This document shows, in pieces, positions 46,377 to 54,222 of a stretch of DNA of 64,000 nt. How positions within the stretch are numbered: position 1 is the first letter of the stretch; each line of letters begins with the position of its first letter. Source of the stretch: Myxococcales bacterium (lineage in GTDB: Bacteria; Myxococcota_A; Polyangia; Polyangiales; Polyangiaceae); the NCBI GenBank assembly GCA_009692485.1, contig SHZB01000001.1, positions 48,960 to 112,959 on the forward strand, written 5' to 3'. Under the pieces are notes generated by a model that was not told the DNA's origin, searched no databases, and saw only the letters and a program-made list of their open reading frames with translations. The position numbers were made by a program, and so were the translations under genes.

Positions 46377-47064
46377 GCCTGCTCGATTCCATGCTCGCGT
46401 CGTGACCGTCACCGCCGCCCGAAGCGCGCGCGGAACGGGACTTCACCCACTCATATATCCGCGCGACCTCGGGCACCAGTAGCCCATTGTTGCGGATGCG
46501 AATGAGCCGCGCCCGCACGAGCTCCGTGCCAACCGCCGCGAGCGCGCTGACCTCGACGCCAGCGAGCGCCCCAAGCTCGCCGAGCCGCCGCGTGATGAGC
46601 CGTCCCTCCGGCGTCTGCGTTGCGCTTTCGGCATGCCCCGCGATCAACAGCGCGACCCGTGTGACGTCCTCGCGCACGGCTCTCGCCACGACGCGCTCAT
46701 GACCGCGAGCTACGTGTACGGCCAGCGTCTGCACGAGGCGGACGGTGAGCTCCATGTCGCCCGCGAGCATGGCCTCGAGCGTGCCGCCGTCGACTGCGAG
46801 GCACCGGGTCGCGCACGTCGCCGTCGCGGTCGTGGCATGCGGCTGGTTGCAGAGGACGCCGACCTCGCCGACGAGCTCACCCGGCCCGAACTCTGCCACG
46901 ATCACCTCGGCCGAACCGGCGCGCTTCGACAGCTTCACCGCGCCATCCTCGATGAAGAACACCGTCTCGCCCGCGTCCCCCTCGCGAAAAAGCACGGCTC
47001 CGATCTCGACCGTGACTTCGCGCGCGCCCTGGGCGTCCGCTCTGCGTTGCGGGGGCGACGGCAT
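46366..47064 (-). CDS. cyclic-nucleotide-binding domain protein (Crp/Fnr-like)
   Basis: FREGDAGETVFFIEDGAVKL...FGPGELVGEVGVL is a cNMP-binding beta-roll. The C-terminal region may be an HTH. Confidence 0.7.
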   Translation of the reverse strand: MPSPPQRRADAQGAREVTVEIGAVLFREGDAGETVFFIEDGAVKLSKRAGSAEVIVAEFGPGELVGEVGVLCNQPHATTATATCATRCLAVDGGTLEAMLAGDMELTVRLVQTLAVHVARGHERVVARAVREDVTRVALLIAGHAESATQTPEGRLITRRLGELGALAGVEVSALAAVGTELVRARLIRIRNNGLLVPEVARIYEWVKSRSARASGGGDGHDASMESSRHGA

Positions 47065-47155
47065 CCGCGCTGAGTGTAGCCGCGCAAGTGAATGCAGGTC
47101 AAAACTGGCGCGCGCCGTACCTTCCGCGCCCCTTCCGCGCGCCCCTTCCGCGCGC

Positions 47156-47183
47156 TTGACTTGCCGTCATCGTCGATTAGATT
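47156..47183 (+). promoter_or_regulatory. candidate sigma70-type promoter upstream of the tRNA pair
   Basis: TTGACT (47156-61), a 16-nt spacer, then TAGATT (47178-83). About 75 nt upstream of tRNA-Gln. It is preceded by a CCTTCCGCGCGC x3 repeat (47120-47155). Confidence 0.35.
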
Positions 47184-47258
47184 CCACCGCCGTTCGTGGC
47201 CAAGGCGCCATGAACGCTCTTTCGCGCGTCGCTCGGGGGGCGTCGCTTGACAGCCCGC

Positions 47259-47329
47259 TGGGGAATCGTCTAACGGCAGGACACAGGTCTCTGGATCCTG
47301 TTATCTAGGTTCGAATCCTAGTTCCCCAA
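47259..47329 (+). tRNA. tRNA-Gln (anticodon CTG)
   Basis: Manual cloverleaf. Acceptor TGGGGAA/TTCCCCA. Anticodon stem CAGGT/TCCTG with loop CTCTGGA. T-arm CTAGG-TTCGAATC-CTAG. Close to E. coli tRNA-Gln by eye. CCA is not encoded. Confidence 0.85.
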
Positions 47330-47336
47330 CCCTGAA

Positions 47337-47411
47337 GGTCCCATCGTCTAGCGGTTAGGACACCGGCCTCTCACGTCGGTAACGCGGGTTCAATTCCCGC
47401 TGGGATCGCCA
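47337..47411 (+). tRNA. tRNA-Glu (anticodon CTC), CCA encoded
   Basis: Acceptor GGTCCCA/TGGGATC. Anticodon stem CCGGC/GTCGG with loop CTCTCAC. T-arm GCGGG-TTCAATT-CCCGC. Ends in GCCA. Confidence 0.85.
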
Positions 47412-47526
47412 TCTTTCCCCGGGTTTTCCGGCGTTTCACGAAGCAGCTCTGTTCGTGAGAGAAGCAGCGCTCTGTTCCTCAGGAACGCTTCGCTTCCGCG
47501 AAGTGCGTGCGTGCTACCGTTCGGGC

Positions 47527-48915
47527 ATGCGGCTCGGGCGTCGCTTCTCGGAACTCGCGCTCTTGGGGCTCGTTAGCTGTATCGAGCCGGGCTTGCATGC
47601 ACGAAGCTCGCTCACAGAAGCGCCGCTTCAGATCCCGTATGACCACGAGGACGCACTGGCTCCCGCGTTGGAACGCGAACTTGGCAAAGACCAACTGCGA
47701 ACGGGTCACGCGAGTCGACTGAGAAGCGAGGGCTCCGCGAGCGTTGGTGATGTTCGCTTGACCCGCGCCCGGTCGCTCCTGGGCGAGCGCATCGAGCTTG
47801 GGCTTGAGCAGGACTCGCTCACGTTGCTACCCGGCCGCTGGACCGTGCACGTCGCCGTCCCGGCGCGGCACCATGTGACCATCGGCGTTCGCGGGCCGGC
47901 TGGGGCGCTCCGCAAGCTCACGATCATCGGCGGGCCTGGGCTCACGCGGCTGCGCTCCGGCGCACTCGCGGACGACGGCCGCTTGCCCGCATTCGTGTCG
48001 TTCGAGACGCCGCGCCGGACCGCGGAAGTCCTCGTCGTCATCGACGTCGACCATTCCGTGCAAGTGCTGCGCGCCGTCGCGGAACGCTTTCCATCGATCG
48101 ACGGAGCTGCCGCCGAAGCGCTTCCGCTCGTGGGCTTTCCATCGCCGACCGAGGGGCGTGCCGGCTATCAGCTCGAGACGCCGCCGCGGTACTCGTTCGT
48201 GCGTGCCGACGTGGCTGCCGCGCTCAAGCGTGCGTTCAAGCGAACGAAGCGGCGCTTTCGGCGCAACGCGATCACCATCGGGGACGCCAGCCAGTGGAAC
48301 GGCGGACGGCCGGCGACCGACCTCGGCCATCGCCGCCACATCAGCCACGAAGGCGGGCGCGACGTGGATCTCGGCCTGCCGTCGATGCAAGGCAGCTCGC
48401 GGATCTGGACGCGCTGCCGCGTCGTCCGCACGCCGCCGGATCGCGCGGAGTGCGCCGAGGACAGCGTCGTGGCTTTCGATGCCGAGCGGATGGCGTATTT
48501 TCTCGCGACGCTCATCGACGGGCCGCGGCGCGCTGAAGACGACGCGAGCCGGCATCGGCCGAAGGCGGTGAGCCCGAGCGGCCACGGGCCAAGGCCCCAC
48601 GCGGAAATCGAGGCAATCCTGCTCGATCGGGCGTACATCGCCGAAGTGCGGGAGGCATTGGCCAAGCTCTACGAGCGGGGTCTCGTGGGCGCCGCGACGT
48701 TTGCGCAGCTCTCCGAGGGTCGCCTCTTGCGTCACTCGCCGTGGCACGTCGATCACGTGCACCTGCGCTTCGCCGGCGCTTCCGCGGTCACACCCGAGGC
48801 GCTCGACTTCGAGGTGCTCCCATCGAACACGGGCATGGTGGCCGCCGACGATCCGAGCGATGCCCGCAGCGGCCCAAGAGGGAGCACTCCCGCTGGCTCT
48901 GCTGCGCCCGATTGA
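47527..48915 (+). CDS. LAS-family metallopeptidase (penicillin-insensitive murein endopeptidase MepA/M74-like)
   Basis: Signal-like N-terminus MRLGRRFSELALLGLVSC. HRRHISHEGGRDVDLGL and WHVDHVHLRF (H-x-x-x-D and H-x-H zinc motifs). Confidence 0.55.
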   Translation: MRLGRRFSELALLGLVSCIEPGLHARSSLTEAPLQIPYDHEDALAPALERELGKDQLRTGHASRLRSEGSASVGDVRLTRARSLLGERIELGLEQDSLTLLPGRWTVHVAVPARHHVTIGVRGPAGALRKLTIIGGPGLTRLRSGALADDGRLPAFVSFETPRRTAEVLVVIDVDHSVQVLRAVAERFPSIDGAAAEALPLVGFPSPTEGRAGYQLETPPRYSFVRADVAAALKRAFKRTKRRFRRNAITIGDASQWNGGRPATDLGHRRHISHEGGRDVDLGLPSMQGSSRIWTRCRVVRTPPDRAECAEDSVVAFDAERMAYFLATLIDGPRRAEDDASRHRPKAVSPSGHGPRPHAEIEAILLDRAYIAEVREALAKLYERGLVGAATFAQLSEGRLLRHSPWHVDHVHLRFAGASAVTPEALDFEVLPSNTGMVAADDPSDARSGPRGSTPAGSAAPD

Positions 48916-48974
48916 TTGCGCGACGACGATCGAACTGAGATCGAGAGGACACCATGAAGAAGCTGTTTCGACAA

Positions 48975-49094
48975 ATCGGCAATCGTGAACTTGCCAATCT
49001 CTCCATGAGCAATCGCGAAGTTGGTGATCGGCAAATGGGCAATCGTGAACTTGCCAATCAGCCAATGAGCCGTCGCGAAGTTGCCGTTCGCGAA
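48975..49094. repeat. 4 x 30-bp imperfect tandem repeat; three units begin with ATG, immediately upstream of the lipoprotein start
   Basis: Units 48975, 49005, 49035 and 49065, of the form AT(C/G)(G/A)GC(A/C)(A/G)TCG(T/C)GAA(C/G)TTG(C/G).... In frame with the downstream CDS they read IGNRELANLS / MSNREVGDRQ / MGNRELANQP / MSRREVAVRE. Confidence 0.8.
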
Positions 49095-49169
49095 CTTGCT
49101 CATGGACAAGTGACCAGTCGGCTCATTGGCAATCAAGGCAAGCGCAATCCCGCCGCGAGCAGTCGGATC

Positions 49170-49748
49170 ATGGCTAGTGCCATGGGCTCATTCGTCGTCG
49201 CTGCGGGACTCGCCCTCGTCGGGGGTTGCAAAGATCCCGAGCCATCTTGCTACTTCGATGGACGCAAGTACGGCCCCGGCGATAGCTACGAAAATGGCTC
49301 TACCGAGTGCATCTGCAACGAGGACGGCTCGATCACGTGCAGCGAGAAACCCGCGTGCGCGACCGGCGCTTGTTGCTCCGGCGGCAAGAGCTACCAAGTG
49401 GGTGAAGATTGGCCGAACAACGACGCCGGAACTTGCGGCACTTGCGCCTGCATCGCCGCGGGCGCAATTCAGTGCTTCTCTCAAAGTTGCGCGACCAGCT
49501 GTCTCTACGGCGGCGTGAAGTACCCAATCGGCGAGTCGTTCCCGACCAGCGACGGCTGCAACACCTGCACCTGCGCCGGCACGAACGCGGGCGCGCAGGT
49601 CGTATGCACCGAGCTACCTTGCTTCGGCTGTACCTACGCGGGCAAGAGCTACAACACCGGCGATTCGTTTCCTGCGACGGACGGCTGCAACACCTGCACC
49701 TGCAATGAAGACGGAGTCGTCTCCTGCACCGAGATCGCCTGCCCGTGA
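49170..49748 (+). CDS. lipoprotein composed of four VWC/chordin-like (pacifastin-like) cysteine-rich repeats
   Basis: MASAMGSFVVAAGLALVGGC lipobox. Four repeats of about 40 aa, e.g. CTYAGKSYNTGDSFPATDGCNTCTCNEDGVVSCTEIACP. Confidence 0.7.
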   Translation: MASAMGSFVVAAGLALVGGCKDPEPSCYFDGRKYGPGDSYENGSTECICNEDGSITCSEKPACATGACCSGGKSYQVGEDWPNNDAGTCGTCACIAAGAIQCFSQSCATSCLYGGVKYPIGESFPTSDGCNTCTCAGTNAGAQVVCTELPCFGCTYAGKSYNTGDSFPATDGCNTCTCNEDGVVSCTEIACP

Positions 49749-49764
49749 GCGTGTGACGTAGCCG

Positions 49765-50412
49765 TTATTCGAACAGAAGGCGCACGAGCCACGGCGAGGC
49801 GAGCAGTCGCTCGAGCAGCAGCGTGACGACCGCCATCGGCACGATGAGCCCGAGGGCGGAGCCGATCGCGAAGTCGACGTAGCGCACGCGGCTCATCGCC
49901 AGCGCGGTATTGAGCGGCGGCGAAACGAACGCGATGGTTCTGAGCGCAAGGACGGCGAGGATGGGCCGCTCATCGACGTAGCGAAGCAACCTTTGCAGGC
50001 GCGGGCTCTTGATCGCAGAGAGCTGTTGCCCAGCGACGAGTCGCGTCGTAAAAAAATTGGCCGACACGCCGATGAGCGCGCCGATCAGGCTCAATACGAA
50101 GCCAAGCTCTGGCCCATACGCCAGCACGCCGGCACTCACGAAGATCGCGCCGGGCACGTGAAGCGTCACGCCGAGGCCGAACGCGCCGATGAATCCGAGC
50201 GCGCCCCAAGCCCCCGCTCCCTGTGCCTTCGCGCGAAGGACCGCGGCATCGAGCCCCTGTGTCTTGATGAGGTATCGGCCAAGGAGGATGAGCCCGACAA
50301 TCACGCACACGAGCGCGACCAGCCGCGCGACGTTGAGCCGCGGGGGTTCGTCCGAAACGTGCGACGCCTCGCTGCTCATGGGGCCGCCGCGGTGCTCACG
50401 GCAGAGGCTCAT
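49765..50412 (-). CDS. TVP38/TMEM64 (DedA-related) family membrane protein
   Basis: VTLHVPGAIFVSAGVLAYGPELGFVLSLIGALIGVSANFFTTRLV. Multi-TM. 215 aa. Confidence 0.7.
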   Translation of the reverse strand: MSLCREHRGGPMSSEASHVSDEPPRLNVARLVALVCVIVGLILLGRYLIKTQGLDAAVLRAKAQGAGAWGALGFIGAFGLGVTLHVPGAIFVSAGVLAYGPELGFVLSLIGALIGVSANFFTTRLVAGQQLSAIKSPRLQRLLRYVDERPILAVLALRTIAFVSPPLNTALAMSRVRYVDFAIGSALGLIVPMAVVTLLLERLLASPWLVRLLFE

Positions 50413-50436
50413 AGCTCATGGCAATACCGCCGCCGC

Positions 50437-51465
50437 TCAGGGCTTCGGGTGCGCGAGGAAGAAGTCGAACAAGGCAGCCTTGAACTCACCCTTGAAGCCC
50501 GGCAAATGCTGGCTTCCGACGAGCTTCCACTGCTCGACGAGGCTCGCGCCCTCGCAGCCGATGTCCCAGCGCGTCACCTTCGTCTCGCTGCCCACGATGA
50601 CCGTGAGATCTTTGTCCGCGGGCGTCTCGTCGGCCGTGAGCGAGCAGCCGTTCAGCATGGCCCAGGTCTCCGAAGTCTCGAGCGCGCCCGGGTACTCCCC
50701 GCCGAAGAGCTTGCCGCCTCCATAGAGGATCGTCGGATCGAGCGAGCCATGGACGACGAGGGCAGTGACCGGCTCGCTGGGCTTGCATTGCGTCTCGTCT
50801 TTGTACGTCGCGCCCGCGAGCGAGCCGAAGGCGGCGATGGCGTCGGCATGTTCACACGCCATGCGATGGGACATGAAGCCGCCGTTCGAGTGGCCGAAGA
50901 AATAGACGCGCTTGGCATCGACCGTGTACGCCTGCTTGATCTCGTCGATGACCTGACGCAGGTAGCCGGAGTCGTCCACGTCACTGCCGTTGAAGTTGCA
51001 GCATGCGTCGGTGGCATTCCAGAATCGCTGTCCGCGCTTGTCGAAGGTGCCATCGGGATACGCGTACAAAAAGCCGTGTTTGTCGGCCATTTCGGTGAAG
51101 CCGAGGTAAATCTCCTGCACCTTGCCGCTGGCCGTGTAGCCGTGCAGCAAGATCAACAGCGGCGCGGGCTCGGCTGGATCGTAGCCGGGCGGAACGTGCA
51201 CCGTGACCGGCCGGTCGCCGCCGATCACGCCGTCGAAGCCGCTGCCCGAGCTCGGATTCGAGGCACCCGCGCCGCCAGTGCCCGTGCCGTTCGCATTCGT
51301 GCCGTTCGTGCCCGAGCTTGCCCCTTGCCCAGCGCTGCCGCCGCCCGCGCCGCCCGCACTCGTGTGCGTCTCGAACCCGGTCGTCGTGTCCGTCCCGCAG
51401 CCGAGAATGCCGGCCGCCAGAAGTGCGGCCGCGAGTGTCTGAAATGCCAGTCTCGGTAATGCCAT
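50437..51465 (-). CDS. secreted esterase, PHB-depolymerase/LpqC-like alpha/beta hydrolase (lipoprotein)
   Basis: MALPRLAFQTLAAALLAAGILGCG lipobox. PLLILLHGYTASG and VYFFGHSNGGFMSHRMA (GxSxG). The track ORF extends in frame to ATG 51609 through 15-bp repeats. Confidence 0.7.
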   Translation of the reverse strand: MALPRLAFQTLAAALLAAGILGCGTDTTTGFETHTSAGGAGGGSAGQGASSGTNGTNANGTGTGGAGASNPSSGSGFDGVIGGDRPVTVHVPPGYDPAEPAPLLILLHGYTASGKVQEIYLGFTEMADKHGFLYAYPDGTFDKRGQRFWNATDACCNFNGSDVDDSGYLRQVIDEIKQAYTVDAKRVYFFGHSNGGFMSHRMACEHADAIAAFGSLAGATYKDETQCKPSEPVTALVVHGSLDPTILYGGGKLFGGEYPGALETSETWAMLNGCSLTADETPADKDLTVIVGSETKVTRWDIGCEGASLVEQWKLVGSQHLPGFKGEFKAALFDFFLAHPKP

Positions 51466-51589
51466 TGTTGGAATTGCCCTAATAGGTAATGCCCTAATCG
51501 GGAATGCCATAGTCGGGAATGCCATAGTCGGGAATGCCATAGTCGGGAATGCCATTGGCGGTAATCCGAGCCTCGGTATTGCCACCTTC
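51455..51589. repeat. about 9 x 15-bp tandem repeat (GG(G/T)AATGCCATAGTC) covering the start-codon neighbourhood of the esterase gene
   Basis: Units every 15 bp from 51455 to 51589. Three are perfect copies (51500-51544). On the minus strand in frame they read PTMAF repeats with ATGs at protein positions 19, 24, 29, 34 and 49 of the long ORF. Confidence 0.9.
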
Positions 51590-51617
51590 GTCGGTCGCGT
51601 ACGGGACATGGGCCGAG

Positions 51618-52901
51618 CTACATATCAGACTTCGCGGACGGCGCGGCTCGGCGTTCGGCGGCGCGGGCGTGGGCTTCGAGCCCTTCGAGGCGGGCCAGAA
51701 TAGCGGCGTCGCGTGCGAGTTCGCGATCATTGCCAGTACCGTCGAGACGCAAGAAGGTGCGGACACGAAGAAAGGTCATCACCGAGAGTCCGCCGGTGTA
51801 GCGCGCCGTTCCGCCCGTGGGCAGCACGTGATTGGGACCGGCACCGTAGTCTCCGAAGACCTCCGCGGAGCCCGGGCCGATGAAGATGGCGCCGTAATGA
51901 GAGAGCCGCTTCGAGCGCTCGTGTGCGTCGGCGGTCATGACCTCGAGGTGCTCGGGCGCGAGCTTGTCCGACGCGGCGATGCCTTCATCGGGCGTGCACA
52001 CCAACGCGAAGCCGTTTTCGAGCGCGCGGGCCGCGAGTTCCCGAGTCGAGAGCCCTTCGAGCTGAGTCGCGAGCGCACGATTGACCGCTTCGGCATGCGC
52101 CCGCGTGGTCGTGATCACGATCGGCAAGGCGTCGCTCGCATGCTCGGCTTGCGCCAGCAGATCGGCGGCGATCAGCTCGGGATCAGCGGCCTCGTCCGCG
52201 AGCACGACCAGCTCGCTTGGACCGGCGAGCATATCGATCGCGACGCGGCCATGGACGAGCTTCTTGGCGGCGGTGACCCAGCGATTTCCGGGGCCGACGA
52301 TGATGTCGACGGCCGGGATCGAGGCCGTGCCGTAAGCCAGCGCGGAGATGGCGTGGGCACCACCTGCGGCGAGCAAACTATCGGCGCCCGCGAGCGCGGC
52401 GGCGGCCATCGTGACTTGTGTAGGCCGGGGGCTCGCGACCCACACCGACCGAACGCCGGCGACGCGCGCGGTGATCGCGGTCATGAGCACGCTCGAGGGC
52501 AGGGGATAGCCGCCGCCGGGCGCATAACATCCCGCGCGCTCGACCGGGGCTATCGTGTGGCCCGCGCTGCCACCCGCGACGGCGAGCTCGAGTGGGGCGA
52601 GCGACGCGCGTTGGGCCTCGGCAAATCGCGTGATTCGCGCTGCTGTACGCTCGAGCACGCCGCGCGCATCGGAGCCGAGTGACGCGAGCGCATAGATGAG
52701 CTGTGCTCGCGGAATGACGAGCGCATCGGTGTCGCCGAGGCCGTCGTGCTGGCATGCGTAGCGACGAAGCGCGGCATCACCCCCGGCGTGAACGTCGTTC
52801 ACGATTTGGCTAGCAGCCGCGAGCGTGTCGGTGTCGATGGCCGCGCGCCGCTCGACGAATCGCTCGAGCTCCGCAAGCGCGATGAGCTTCAAGCCACTCA
52901 C
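51618..52901 (-). CDS. hisD: histidinol dehydrogenase
   Basis: GCYAPGGGYPLPSSVLM, IIVGPGNRWVTAAKK, LLAQAEHASDA and GDYGAGPNHVLPTGGTARY. The GTG start at 52901 overlaps an upstream TGA. The rest of the 725-aa track ORF is an upstream shadow. Confidence 0.92.
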   Translation of the reverse strand: MSGLKLIALAELERFVERRAAIDTDTLAAASQIVNDVHAGGDAALRRYACQHDGLGDTDALVIPRAQLIYALASLGSDARGVLERTAARITRFAEAQRASLAPLELAVAGGSAGHTIAPVERAGCYAPGGGYPLPSSVLMTAITARVAGVRSVWVASPRPTQVTMAAAALAGADSLLAAGGAHAISALAYGTASIPAVDIIVGPGNRWVTAAKKLVHGRVAIDMLAGPSELVVLADEAADPELIAADLLAQAEHASDALPIVITTTRAHAEAVNRALATQLEGLSTRELAARALENGFALVCTPDEGIAASDKLAPEHLEVMTADAHERSKRLSHYGAIFIGPGSAEVFGDYGAGPNHVLPTGGTARYTGGLSVMTFLRVRTFLRLDGTGNDRELARDAAILARLEGLEAHARAAERRAAPSAKSDM

Positions 52902-52972
52902 TTCGCGTCTCCCTCGCGCCGCTCGACGAATCGCTCGAGCTTCGCGATCGCGATGAGCTTCAAGCTGCTCAC
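52827..52972 (-). repeat. 71-bp tandem duplication of the hisIE-stop/hisD-start junction, creating a 24-codon chimeric mini-ORF
   Basis: TCACTTCGCGTC occurs at 52898 and 52969. CGCGCCGCTCGACGAATCGCTCGAGCT.CGC...CGCGATGAGCTTCAAGC is present twice. The mini-ORF 52898-52972 reads VSSLKLIAIAKLERFVERREGDAK. Confidence 0.9.
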
Positions 52973-54222
52973 TTCGCGTCCCCGGGCCGGCGCGTGATCT
53001 TGCGTGCGCGTGCCTCGAGGATCTGCTCGACCTCGGTGAGCGAGACGCCGGCCTTCGCCATCCGGACGAGCGTGAAATAGAGGACATCGGCCGCCTCGTG
53101 CGCGACCTCGTCGTGACTCGCCGCAAGACCAAGCTCGCCCGCCTCTTCGATGAGCTTCTTGCGGAGCAGCTCGGGCTCGTGGAGGAGCCGCGCGGTGTAC
53201 GAGCCCGCTGGTGCGTCGGTGGCGCGGCCGCGCAGCACCTCAGCGAGCGCGGGCATGCCGCCGAGCGCACCCCAACAGCTCGTTGTGCCGGTGTGGCAAA
53301 AGCCCGGGCCTGCCTGCACGACGGTGAAGCGCAGCGCGTCTCTGTCGCAGTCGAGGTCCACGCGCACGAGCCGTTGTGTGGCGCCGCTCGATGCGCCCTT
53401 GTGCCAGAGGCCGCGTTGGCGCGAATGGTAGATTCCGGTGCGGGTCGCGATCGCAGCACGCAGACTCTCGCGACTCGACCAGCATTGTCCGAGCGCGCGC
53501 CCGTGCTCATCGACGACGACCGTCGCAAAGAGGCCGTCCGCGCGATCGCTGACGAGCGGTGCCGCGAACGCATCGCCGAGCTCCATGTGGCCTTGGTAGA
53601 GCGCCATGCCGACTTGCGCGTCGATGCCGAGTTTGTCGAGCGCAGCGACTTCCGCGACCGTGGTGACGCCTCCGGCGATCGTGAGCGAAGCGTCTCCGGC
53701 GGCGTCGCGCAGCTCTCTTGCGCGCTCGAGATCGGTGCCTCCGAGCCGGCCCTCGCGCTCGACGAAGGTGACGAGAAACCCGCCGACGACATCACGCAAT
53801 TCGCGCATCCGCTCGGGCACGCTCGCGCCGGTCTTGGTGCGCCAGCCCTCGACGACGACCTCTCCGTCGAGCGCGTCGAGCGCCGCGATCAGCCGTGATT
53901 TCGGCAATTGACGCAGCAGCTCCGGAGTTGCGGCGGTGCCGAGGATGAGCTTCTCCGCGCCGGCATCGAGCGCTTCGACAGCACGCGCGACGCTGCGGAT
54001 CCCGCCTCCGACGCGGCAGCGTGCGACCCGGCACACTCGCTCGACCAGCGCGCGGTTGTCACCCGTGCCGAGCGCCGCATCGAGATCGATCAACGCCAGC
54101 TCGCCGATGACCCCGAAGCGCTCCGCGATCGGCAGCGGGCAGCCGGCCTCGAGCGCCAAGTCGCGCCCCCCGACGAGCTGCACGGTCTGGCCGCCCATCA
54201 AATCGATTGAAGGAATAATCAC
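52969..54222 (-). CDS. hisA-hisIE: trifunctional fusion HisA (ProFAR isomerase) - HisI (PR-AMP cyclohydrolase) - HisE (PR-ATP diphosphatase)
   Basis: N-terminal IIPSIDLMGGQTVQLVGG...GGGIRS...TIAGGV (HisA barrel). Middle YHSRQRGLWHKGASSGATQRLVRVDLDCDRDALRFTV..CHTG (HisI). C-terminal SYTARLL..KKLIEEAGE...EAADVLYF (HisE). The GTG start overlaps an upstream TGA. Confidence 0.85.
   Translation of the reverse strand: MIIPSIDLMGGQTVQLVGGRDLALEAGCPLPIAERFGVIGELALIDLDAALGTGDNRALVERVCRVARCRVGGGIRSVARAVEALDAGAEKLILGTAATPELLRQLPKSRLIAALDALDGEVVVEGWRTKTGASVPERMRELRDVVGGFLVTFVEREGRLGGTDLERARELRDAAGDASLTIAGGVTTVAEVAALDKLGIDAQVGMALYQGHMELGDAFAAPLVSDRADGLFATVVVDEHGRALGQCWSSRESLRAAIATRTGIYHSRQRGLWHKGASSGATQRLVRVDLDCDRDALRFTVVQAGPGFCHTGTTSCWGALGGMPALAEVLRGRATDAPAGSYTARLLHEPELLRKKLIEEAGELGLAASHDEVAHEAADVLYFTLVRMAKAGVSLTEVEQILEARARKITRRPGDAK

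Noticed and set aside
47245-47250. TTGACA hexamer as the -35 of a tRNA promoter
   Set aside because: It lies only about 8 nt upstream of the mature tRNA-Gln 5' end, which is too close to be its promoter.
49993-51459. 488-aa plus-strand ORF
   Set aside because: It is antisense to the TVP38 and esterase genes. It is Arg-rich.
51618-53795. 725-aa track ORF spanning hisD and the antisense or out-of-frame part of hisA-hisIE
   Set aside because: Only the last 427 codons are HisD. The upstream 298 codons are Ser/Arg-rich and overlap the real hisA-hisIE gene in another frame.
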